NCBI RefSeq assembly: GCF_000315625.1
Contig: NW_005434628.1
Location: forward strand, 519,385-583,384
Reading direction: 5' to 3'
Length of the DNA: 64,000 nt
DNA from: Guillardia theta CCMP2712
Taxonomy: Eukaryota > Protista > Cryptophyta
Below, piece after piece: positions 36,801 through 47,081 of this stretch. The notes beneath the pieces were generated by a model. It saw only the letters and a list, made by a program, of their open reading frames with translations. It ran no database searches and was not told the DNA's origin. The translations under genes and the position numbers were made by a program. The number at the start of each line of letters is the position of its first letter. The stretch's first letter is position 1.

Positions 36801-39800
36801 CCGCCCTCGGACGCGTATGACCCCGCCGGACAGTTCGTACATGTCCCGTTGCCGGGCCCCGGCTTGTAAGTTCCTGGCTGGCACGGATCGCAGCCGAAGC
36901 GATCGAGGGGCTGCTGCCCGCCTGCGGAGACGTTGGCAAGCCAGCCAGGGCTGAAGCCCGGCAAGCACTCACAGTCGCTGATGGATGTGCTCTGTGCGGG
37001 AGAGGTTTGATGGCTACCGCATCTCTTACAGTACGTCGCTCCAAGCTCGTCGTTGTAGTGTCCTGCTGGACATGAGCTGCAGGCAGTGGAGCCATTCGGA
37101 CTGCTGAAGAAGCCCAAGTCGCACAGACAGTCGTGTATGCTGGAGGATCCGGCTTGCGATTGCGTGTGCGACGGGCAGTGTTGACAGAAAGTAAGTCGGC
37201 TCTCGTTGTTGTACGTTCCTGGCAGACATGTGACGCAGTCACCACTCTTGGGGTCCATGTACATGCCGCTCATGCATTGACAATCCAGGCGGTCGATCCC
37301 TGGAGGTCGCTGTAGGACCCAGCAGCGCACGGGCTGCAAGCTGGGCCCCATCGCCTTGCGCCCGACAGGTTGGCCAGCGGGCTGGCGTCGTAGAAGCCGG
37401 CATGACACTTGCACTCCCATACAAACGAGCTGCCTGCCGCCGAGACCGCATTGGCAGGGCACTGCGCACAGACGGAGGAGCCCGTGCCGTTGCTGTAGCT
37501 TCCCTCAGCGCATGGCCGGCAATCTGGCCCGCCCGCGCGGGAAGCGTTCGCAGCAGCGTTGACCCCCTGCCTAGTCATCGACCCCGCCCCAGCGTCGTAG
37601 AAGCCTCCCTCGCAGATGCAGTCTGCCTGCGACGAGCTGCCCCGGAGGGAGGTCGAGTGGGTAGGACAGCCCGTGCATCCCGTCGCACCCCAGGCCTCGA
37701 GAGCAGCAGACGAGCTGCAGTTACCGGAGCAGGAGGCGGCGCGTGACCCGTTGCTGTACGTGCCGGGCGGGCATGCTGAGCAGCTCTTGAGGCCTTTCTC
37801 AGGCTTGTAGTACCCCGGCGGACACATCCTGCAGGCTGCGTACCCGGGCGTGGTGTTTGACGTTGGGCCGGAAGGGACGACCTGCAAGCTCAGGTTGGGC
37901 CCAGGCACGAGGCTTCCGTTGCCCGGCACCAGCATGTAGCCTGCCTCGCATCCGCAGTCGGCTTGTGACACGCTGCCCGCCGCAGACGAGGAATGCGGGG
38001 GACAGGCCGTGCAGCTCGTCGCTCCGCCCTCGGACGCGTATGACCCCGCCGGACAGTTCGTACATGTCCCGTTGCCGGGCCCCGGCTTGTAAGTTCCTGG
38101 CTGGCACGGATCGCAGCCGAAGCGATCGAGGGGCTGCTGCCCGCCTGCGGAGACGTTGGCAAGCCAGCCAGGGCTGAAGCCCGGCAAGCACTCACAGTCG
38201 CTGATGGATGTGCTCTGTGCGGGAGAGGTTTGATGGCTACCGCATCTCTTACAGTACGTCGCTCCAAGCTCGTCGTTGTAGTGTCCTGCTGGACATGAGC
38301 TGCAGGCAGTGGAGCCATTCGGACTGCTGAAGAAGCCCAAGTCGCACAGACAGTCGTGTATGCTGGAGGATCCGGCTTGCGATTGCGTGTGCGACGGGCA
38401 GTGTTGACAGAAAGTAAGTCGGCTCTCGTTGTTGTACGTTCCTGGCAGACATGTGACGCAGTCACCACTCTTGGGGTCCATGTACATGCCGCTCATGCAT
38501 TGACAATCGAGGATGCTGGTGCTGCCCGTAAGCCTGGACGTCATACCTGCGGGGCAGGCTGTGCAGGCGGTCGATCCCTGGAGGTCGCTGTAGGACCCAG
38601 CAGCGCACGGGCTGCAAGCTGGGCCCCATCGCCTTGCGCCCGACAGGTTGGCCAGCGGGCTGGCGTCGTAGAAGCCGGCATGACACTTGCACTCCCATAC
38701 AAACGAGCTGCCTGCCGCCGAGACCGCATTGGCAGGGCACTGCGCACAGACGGAGGAGCCCGTGCCGTTGCTGTAGCTTCCCTCAGCGCATGGCCGGCAA
38801 TCTGGCCCGCCCGCGCGGGAAGCGTTCGCAGCAGCGTTGACCCCCTGCCTAGTCATCGACCCCGCCCCAGCGTCGTAGAAGCCTCCCTCGCAGATGCAGT
38901 CTGCCTGCGACGAGCTGCCCCGGAGGGAGGTCGAGTGGGTAGGACAGCCCGTGCATCCCGTCGCACCCCAGGCCTCGAGAGCAGCAGACGAGCTGCAGTT
39001 ACCGGAGCAGGAGGCGGCGCGTGACCCGTTGCTGTACGTGCCGGGCGGGCATGCTGAGCAGCTCTTGAGGCCTTTCTCAGGCTTGTAGTACCCCGGCGGA
39101 CACATCCTGCAGGCTGCGTACCCGGGCGTGGTGTTTGACGTTGGGCCGGAAGGGACGACCTGCAAGCTCAGGTTGGGCCCAGGCACGAGGCTTCCGTTGC
39201 CCGGCACCAGCATGTAGCCTGCCTCGCATCCGCAGTCGGCTTGTGACACGCTGCCCGCCGCAGACGAGGAATGCGGGGGACAGGCCGTGCAGCTCGTCGC
39301 TCCGCCCTCGGACGCGTATGACCCCGCCGGACAGTTCGTACATGTCCCGTTGCCGGGCCCCGGCTTGTAAGTTCCTGGCTGGCACGGATCGCAGCCGAAG
39401 CGATCGAGGGGCTGCTGCCCGCCTGCGGAGACGTTGGCAAGCCAGCCAGGGCTGAAGCCCGGCAAGCACTCACAGCCAGAAGTTTGATTTTGTGCTGTTA
39501 ATGGAAAGACACACACTGGAATCCATCCTGTTGAACGTTCCTGACAATTGGTTCCCCAGACCTGCTGGACATGAGCTGCAGGCAGTGGAGCCATTCGGAC
39601 TGCTGAAGAAGCCCAAGTCGCACAGACCCTCTTCTCTCCACGCCTCCTCTGATCCCCTTGGTCCTGCACCTCCTGCACCTCCTGCACCTCCTGCACCTTC
39701 CTGCACCTCCTGCTCTTCCTGCACCTCCGCTTTCCTTCGGCCTACTGACCTGCATGAGCTGTCCTTCCCGCGACACCGTCCGTGTCCGCTGCAGTTAACT

Positions 39801-42800
39801 TTGGCTATGCACCTTCCTTCACACTCGCCGCCGTATCGGTTTCTTGTGCAAGCCTCGCACATCATGCCCGAGTATCCTCCGTAGCACTCGCACCGACCTT
39901 GCACGCATCGCCTCCCGTCTCCCAGGCAGTCCATGTCGGACCGACATGTTCCGTTGTGATCTGCCGTACTGTTGGCTATGATGTCCGAGCAGTTGGGTCC
40001 TGTGTATCCCCTGAAGCACCTGGACCGACCCCGTCAGTAAGGTACAGGAGCGGCAAGCGGGAGGAAAGAAGACCCCACAGTAAGCAGAACACAGCAGGAC
40101 CAAGGCTCGCGCCCTCTCTAGCCTCCTCTGATCCCCTTGGTCCTGCACCTCCTGCACCTTCCTGCACCTCCTGCACCTTCCTGCACCTCCTGCACCTTCC
40201 TGCACCTCCGCTCTCCTTCGGCCTACTGACCTGCATGAGCTGTCCTTCCCGCGACACCGTCCGTGTCCGCTGCAGTTAACTTTGGCTATGCACCTTCCTT
40301 CACACTCGCCGCCGTATCGGTTTCTTGTGCAAGCCTCGCACATCATGCCCGAGTATCCTCCCTAGCAATCGCAACCGACTTTGCACGCATCGCCTCCCGT
40401 CTCCCAGGCAGTCCATGTCGGACCGACATGTTCCGTTGTGATCTGCCGTACTGTTGGCTATGATGTCCGAGCAGTTGGGTCCTGTGTATCCCCTGAAGCA
40501 CCTGGACCGACCCCGTCAGTAAGGTACAGGAGCGGCAAGCGGGAGGAAAGAAGACCCCACAGTAAGCAGAACACAGCAGGACCAAGGCTCGCGCCCTCTC
40601 TACCCCCCTTCTTCTCTCGCTCTGCTCTCCTGGCCTCCTCTGATCCCCTTGGTCCTGCACCTCCTGCACCTTCCTGCACCTCCTGCGCCCTCCTGCACCT
40701 CCGCTTTCCTTCGGCCTACTGACCTGCATGAGCTGTCCTTCCCGCGACACCGTCCGTGTCCGCTGCAGTTAACTTTGGCTATGCACCTTCCTTCACACTC
40801 GCCGCCGTATCGGTTTCTTGTGCAAGCCTCGCACATCATGCCCGAGTATCCTCCGTAGCACTCGCACCGACCTTGCACGCATCGCCTCCCGTCTCCCAGG
40901 CAGTCCATGTCGGACCGACATGTTCCGTTGTGATCTGCCGTACTGTTGGCTATGATGTCCGAGCAGTTGGGTCCTGTGTATCCCCTGAAGCACCTGGACC
41001 GACCCCGTCAGTAAGGTACAGGAGCGGCAAGCGGGAGGAAAGAAGACCCCACAGTAAGCAGAACACAGCAGGACCAAGGCTCGCGCCCTCTCTACCCCCT
41101 TTCTTCTCTCGCTCTGCTCTCCGAGCCTCCTCTGATCCCCTTGGTCTTGCACGTCCTGCACCATCCTGCACCTCTGCACCTCCTGCACCTCCTGCACCTC
41201 CTGCACCTCCTGCACCTTCCTGCACCTCCGCTTTCCTTCGGCCTACTGACCTGCATGAGCTGTCCTTCCCGCGACACCGTCCGTGTCCGCTGCAGTTAAC
41301 TTTGGCTATGCACCTTCCTTCACACTCGCCGCCGTATCGGTTTCTTGTGCAAGCCTCGCACATCATGCCCGAGTATCCTCCGTAGCACTCGCACCGACCT
41401 TGCACGCATCGCCTCCCGTCTCCCAGGCAGTCCATGTCGGACCGACATGTTCCGTTGTGATCTGCCGTACTGTTGGCTATGATGTCCGAGCAGTTGGGTC
41501 CTGTGTATCCCCTGAAGCACCTGGACCGACCCCGTCAGTAAGGTACAGGAGCGGCAAGCGGGAGGAAAGAAGACCCCACAGTAAGCAGAACACAGCAGGA
41601 CCAAGGCTCGCGCCCTCTCTACCCCCCTTCTTCTCTCGCTCTGCTCTCCGAGCCTCCTCTGATCCCCTTGGTCCTGCACCTTCCTGCACCTCCTGCACCT
41701 CCTGCACCTTCCTGCTCCTTCGGCCTACTGACCTGCATGAGCTGTCCTTCCCGCGACACCGTCCGTGTCCGCTGCAGTTAACGCGACACCGTCCGTGTCC
41801 GCTGCAGTTAACTTTGGCTATGCACCTTCCTTCACACTCGCCGCCGTATCGGTTTCTTGTGCAAGCCTCGCACATCATGCCCGAGTATCCTCCGTAGCAC
41901 TCGCACCGACCTTGCACGCATCGCCTCCCGTCTCCCAGGCAGTCCATGTCGGACCGACATGTTCCGTTGTGATCTGCCGTACTGTTGGCTATGATGTCCG
42001 AGCAGTTGGGTCCTGTGTATCCCCTGAAGCACCTGGACCGACCCCGTCAGTAAGGTACAGGAGCGGCAAGCGGGAGGAAAGAAGACCCCACAGTAAGCAG
42101 AACACAGCAGGACCAAGGCTCGCGCCCTCTCTACCCCCCTTCTTCTCTCGCTCTGCTCTCCTGGCCTCCTCTGATCCCCTTGGTCCTGCACCTTCCTGCA
42201 CCTTCCTGCACCTTCCTGCACTTCCTGCACCTTCCTGCACCTCCTGCATCTCCTGCACCTTCCTGCACCTCCTGCACCTTCGCTCTCCTTCGGCCTACTG
42301 ACCTGCATGAGCTGTCCTTCCCGCGACACCGTCCGTGTCCGCTGCAGTTAACTTTGGCTATGCACCTTCCTTCACACTCGCCGCCGTATCGGTTTCTTGT
42401 GCAAGCCTCGCACATCATGCCCGAGTATCCTCCGTAGCACTCGCACCGACCTTGCACGCATCGCCTCCCGTCTCCCAGGCAGTCCATGTCGGACCGACAT
42501 GTTCCGTTGTGATCTGCCGTACTGTTGGCTATGATGTCCGAGCAGTTGGGTCCTGTGTATCCCCTGAAGCACCTGGACCGGCCCCGTCAGTAAGGTACAG
42601 GAGCGGCAAGCGGGAGGAAAGAAGCCCCACAGTAAGCAGAACACAGCAGGACCAAGGCTCGCGCCCTCTCTACCCCCCTTCTTCTCTCGCTCTGCTCTCC
42701 TGGCCTCCTCTGATCCCCTTGGTCCTGCACCTCCTGCACCTTCCTGCACCTCCTGCACCTCCTGCACCTCCTGCACCTTCCTGCACCTCCTGCGCCCTCC

Positions 42801-45251
42801 TGCACCTCCGCTTTCCTTCGGCCTACTGACCTGCATGAGCTGTCCTTCCCGCGACACCGTCCGTGTCCGCTGCAGTTAACTTTGGCTATGCACCTTCCTT
42901 CACACTCGCCGCCGTATCGGTTTCTTGTGCAAGCCTCGCACATCATGCCCGAGTATCCTCCGTAGCACTCGCACCGACCTTGCACGCATCGCCTCCCGTC
43001 TCCCAGGCAGTCCATGTCGGACCGACATGTTCCGTTGTGATCTGCCGTACTGTTGGCTATGATGTCCGAGCAGTTGGGTCCTGTGTATCCCCTGAAGCAC
43101 CTGGACCGACCCCGTCAGTAAGGTACAGGAGCGGCAAGCGGGAGGAAAGAAGACCCCACAGTAAGCAGAACACAGCAGGACCAAGGCTCGCGCCCTCTCT
43201 ACCCCCCTTCTTCTCTCGCTCTGCTCTCCGAGCCTCCTCTGATCCCCTTGGTCCTGCACCTCCTGCACCTTCCTGCACCTTCCTGCACCTCCTGCACCTC
43301 CTGCACCTTCCTGCACCTCCTGCGCCCTCCTGCACCTCCGCTTTCCTTCGGCCTACTGACCTGCATGAGCTGTCCTTCCCGCGACACCGTCCGTGTCCGC
43401 TGCAGTTAACTTTGGCTATGCACCTTCCTTCACACTCGCCGCCGTATCGGTTTCTTGTGCAAGCCTCGCACATCATGCCCGAGTATCCTCCGTAGCACTC
43501 GCACCGACCTTGCACGCATCGCCTCCCGTCTCCCAGGCAGTCCATGTCGGACCGACATGTTCCGTTGTGATCTGCCGTACTGTTGGCTATGATGTCCGAG
43601 CAGTTGGGTCCTGTGTATCCCCTGAAGCACCTGGACCGGCCCCGTCAGTAAGGTACAGGAGCGGCAAGCGGGAGGAAAGAAGACCCCACAGTAAGCAGAA
43701 CACAGCAGGACCAAGGCTCGCGCCCTCTCTACCCCCCTTCTTCTCTCGCTCTGCTCTCCTGGCCTCCTCTGATCCCCTTGGTCCTGCACCTCCTGCACCT
43801 TCCTGCACCTCCTGCGCCCTCCTGCACCTCCGCTTTCCTTCGGCCTACTGACCTGCATGAGCTGTCCTTCCCGCGACACCGTCCGTGTCCGCTGCAGTTA
43901 ACTTTGGCTATGCACCTTCCTTCACACTCGCCGCCGTATCGGTTTCTTGTGCAAGCCTCGCACATCATGCCCGAGTATCCTCCGTAGCACTCGCACCGAC
44001 CTTGCACGCATCGCCTCCCGTCTCCCAGGCAGTCCATGTCGGACCGACATGTTCCGTTGTGATCTGCCGTACTGTTGGCTATGATGTCCGAGCAGTTGGG
44101 TCCTGTGTATCCCCTGAAGCACCTGGACCGGCCCCGTCAGTAAGGTACAGGAGCGGCAAGCGGGAGGAAAGAAGACCCCACAGTAAGCAGAACACAGCAG
44201 GACCAAGGCTCGCGCCCTCTCTACCCCCCTTCTTCTCTCGCTCTGCTCTCCGAGCCTCCTCTGATCCCCTTGGTCCTGCACCTCCTGCACCTTCCTNNNN
44301 NNNNNNNNNNNNNNNNNNNNNNNNNNNNNNNNNNNNNNNNNNNNNNNNNNNNNNNNNNNNNNNNNNNNNNNNNNNNNNNNNNNNNNNNNNNNNNNNNNNN
44401 NNNNNNNNNNNNNNNNNNNNNNNNNNNNNNNNNNNNNNNNNNNNNNNNNNNNNNNNNNNNNNNNNNNNNCGCACATCATGCCCGAGTATCCTCCGTAGCA
44501 CTCGCACCGACCTTGCACGCATCGCCTCCCGTCTCCCAGGCAGTCCATGTCGGACCGACATGTTCCGTTGTGATCTGCCGTACTGTTGGCTATGATGTCC
44601 GAGCAGTTGGGTCCTGTGTATCCCCTGAAGCACCTGGACCGACCCCGTCAGTAAGGTACAGGAGCGGCAAGCGGGAGGAAAGAAGACCCCACAGTAAGCA
44701 GAACACAGCAGGACCAAGGCTCGCGCCCTCTCTACCCCCCTTCTTCTCTCGCTCTGCTCTCCGAGCCTCCTCTGATCCCCTTGGTCCTGCACCTTCCTGC
44801 ACCTTCCTGCACCTTCCTGCACCTCCGCTCTCCTTCGGCCTACTGACCTGCATGAGCTGTCCTTCCCGCGACACCGTCCGTGTCCGCTGCAGTTAACTTT
44901 GGCTATGCACCTTCCTTCACACTCGCCGCCGTATCGGTTTCTTGTGCAAGCCTCGCACATCATGCCCGAGTATCCTCCGTAGCATTGGCATGTTCCTGAA
45001 TGACACATTGTTCTGTTTGTATGGATGCAATCTAGATTGGATGCACAAGTGTTTTGTGCTGATCGCAATGTCAATTTTTGCTTTGTTCTTTGCGGAAGAT
45101 GTTTGTATTTCATTTCAAGACTGGGCGTCAATTTTTCAATCAGATATTTCATCTTCAAGGTTTCTTTTTCCTGTCTCTGATTGTTATCTTCGATTTGGAT
45201 ACAAACTTGCAGTATGCTCAGGATTATGATTCCCTTCAGCTTCATGTTCAT
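33809..45251 (-). CDS. Giant type-I membrane cysteine-rich protein: signal peptide, EGF/laminin-EGF exon array, GCC2/GCC3 (ephrin-receptor-like/TNFR-type) repeats, TM, cytoplasmic tail. Frame-disrupted as assembled.
   Basis: First exon MNMKLKGIIILSIL…; repeated CECYGGYSGMMC/CSGHGRC; CxxCPxGTY…C repeats; TM LHVILSIVGASCGSLILVFAL. Frame breaks at ~40370, ~39630, 37285 and ~35020. Whether it is one gene is inferred. Confidence 0.6.
34760..35110 (-). repeat. Three copies of a unit encoding MLSEGSAHQRPELLFSKL
   Basis: aagcttcgagaagaggagctccggtcgctggtgggcagacccttccgacagcatcg occurs at ~34768, ~34913 and ~35054. Confidence 0.9.
36530..39475 (-). repeat. 1278-bp (426-codon) coding tandem repeat, ~2.3 copies
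   Basis: Identical ORFs recur at 36576, 37799 and 39077 (periods 1223 and 1278). One copy lacks the 55 bp corresponding to 38509-38563. Confidence 0.95.
39640..44987 (-). repeat. Tandem array of ~480-570 bp exon+intron units (at least 10 copies, spans an N gap)
   Basis: Exons at 39750-40019, 40231-40501, 40724-40993, 41251-41520, 41733-42032, 42303-42572, 42831-43100, 43361-43630, 43853-44122 and a partial one to 44633. Confidence 0.95.
44297..44469. other. Assembly gap (N run)
   Basis: Run of n. Confidence 1.
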
Positions 45252-45827
45252 TCTCTATCCGCGCATGTGGATGCCTCGTGTTTGACCACAAGAAGGATCG
45301 GCTGGCTCAATTTTAGGTTGAGGGATGTACGTTGTTGAATTTGCTCTCGGGCCTTGCAATATTTGCTATACCAAGACTACATGGATCAATTGCCCTTTGA
45401 GCTTTCTTTACAAGGTTGCTTTAGCATTATAGCTAGCTCGCCAACCACGGATAGAATATCAGGATCATACAGTCAAAGGGTCCTGCTGGAGATGGGGGTG
45501 GACAGATCTACACAAGGGCCTACTGATCCAACACTTGTTCAACAGGAGCCGGGTACTCTTTCGGAAATCGAAGGGTAGGGGTCCCTCCCCAGGTCTCTTT
45601 GAAGCGTTCGGAGAGTACAGGGGTACAGGTAATGCAAAACGAAAATAGACTCTTTGAGGAAATCTTTTTTTGACCACAAAGCAGAACGACGCATGTTTAC
45701 ACAAGCCAACATTCCGGTGCACGGACCTAGCGGAGCCCAGCTGCTATATAAATATTTAGAAACTAAAATCATTTTTTGCTTGCCTTTCTGAGTCGAGTTG
45801 ATTGTGCCCATACGAAATTAGGGAAGA

Positions 45828-45940
45828 TACACTGCAATCAGACACACTTGCACATATTGCCTCAAGACCACTCCAGATGCGATTTCAAGTTCCCTTAAAG
45901 TATTAAAGGGAGCTAGATGGCCTCCCTGAGCCACACACAA
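45828..45940 (-). pseudogene. Degenerate partial duplicate of the C-type lectin domain
   Basis: Closely matches ~46738-46840 (VAQGGHLA…RELEIAS…VLRQYVQV) with a 2-nt insertion (gacacacttg vs gacacttg). Confidence 0.7.
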
Positions 45941-46007
45941 CCTATCGGATATTCGTTAGATACTTTTGTTGGCCGACTATTGTTTGCTCCGGTTTGCCTT
46001 TTTAATT

Positions 46008-47081
46008 TCAGTCATTAAAAGAAAACAGTTGCAGATCTTTGTTTGCTCCCCATGGAACAAAGGTTTCTTTACCCTCATGATAGATGAAGCAGAAGTAAGC
46101 ATCATCATGAACCGACGAAGCAGCAGCGCAGCTATGGTCGTTTACGCAAACCCATGATTCGAAATCTTCGTCCATCATTTGACCCAGTCCACCTGTCACG
46201 AATTCCTGATTCATCTCGCCTTCAATAATCTCGGACCAAGAATACGGCATCGTACAGTTTGAATATTCCTCCCAGAAGTTGCCAGTCCAATTCGAATTGA
46301 CTGATCGTAAATCTGGTTCCACAGGTGTGTTGGGCACACATGTGATGTTATTCGAGGAGAGCAGGGCCTTGTGATACCCCTGTTTGCATTCCCAGTCACA
46401 GCCAAAAGTGTAGCTAGAAAAACTGGGGATACTGATACTGCAATCCACACATTGACTCGAAGTCGTTACAGATCCAGTGAAGGTACAAACGAAAGGGAGT
46501 AGAAACCAAGATGGATTGTCATTTATCCAGTAGTGTGTTTTGTTTCGAGGAAGCCTGACAAAGGAGTTAGGGCCCCATACAGAGCCAACCAGCGCAAGAT
46601 AGTCCTCAGAACCCGCATCTGATGGATGGAAACGTATCGCCGACGCATTAAAGGGAGATCCATCTGTCCACTTAAAGTCCCCTTCGAGCAATCTATCTGT
46701 CCCTCCAATCCACACAAACACGCAGGAATAAATCACAGTGCAATCAGACACTTGCACATATTGCCTCAAGACCACGTCGGATGCGATTTCAAGTTCCCTA
46801 AAAGTACTTAAGGAAGCTAGATGGCCACCCTGAGCCACACAGCTTGACTCTGCATTTGACCAAGTTTTCAGGGTGTTATAAAGTTTAAAGCATTTAAATT
46901 CCTGTTTGCTTGCATCCTTGACGACACAGTCATGAATTCCAAATTGTAGAGCTTTGCCTAAGCTCATAGTCACATCAATTGTTGTTCCAGGAGGACATAT
47001 AGTATTGTTTGAGCCTTCAGTGATGATACTCGACAGAGCGCTCAAAATGTGATTGGAGATTACAAGAAGTGCGAGTATCAT
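46008..47081 (-). CDS. Secreted C-type lectin domain protein, 357 aa
   Basis: Signal peptide; CFKLY…TWSNAESSC…GGHLASL…VWIGGTD…EGDFKWTDGS…LPFVC. Confidence 0.85.
   Translation of the reverse strand: MILALLVISNHILSALSSIITEGSNNTICPPGTTIDVTMSLGKALQFGIHDCVVKDASKQEFKCFKLYNTLKTWSNAESSCVAQGGHLASLSTFRELEIASDVVLRQYVQVSDCTVIYSCVFVWIGGTDRLLEGDFKWTDGSPFNASAIRFHPSDAGSEDYLALVGSVWGPNSFVRLPRNKTHYWINDNPSWFLLPFVCTFTGSVTTSSQCVDCSISIPSFSSYTFGCDWECKQGYHKALLSSNNITCVPNTPVEPDLRSVNSNWTGNFWEEYSNCTMPYSWSEIIEGEMNQEFVTGGLGQMMDEDFESWVCVNDHSCAAASSVHDDAYFCFIYHEGKETFVPWGANKDLQLFSFND

Noticed and set aside
40360-40385. +1 frameshift and clustered substitutions in exon copy 2 as programmed variation
   Set aside because: Several changes within ~20 nt in otherwise identical copies look like a low-quality read end. 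Unsupported without reads.
39640-44987. CRISPR-like or non-coding satellite interpretation of the tandem array
   Set aside because: Units are ~500 bp with no unique spacers and no cas genes. The constant part is a splice-bounded in-frame Cys-rich exon.
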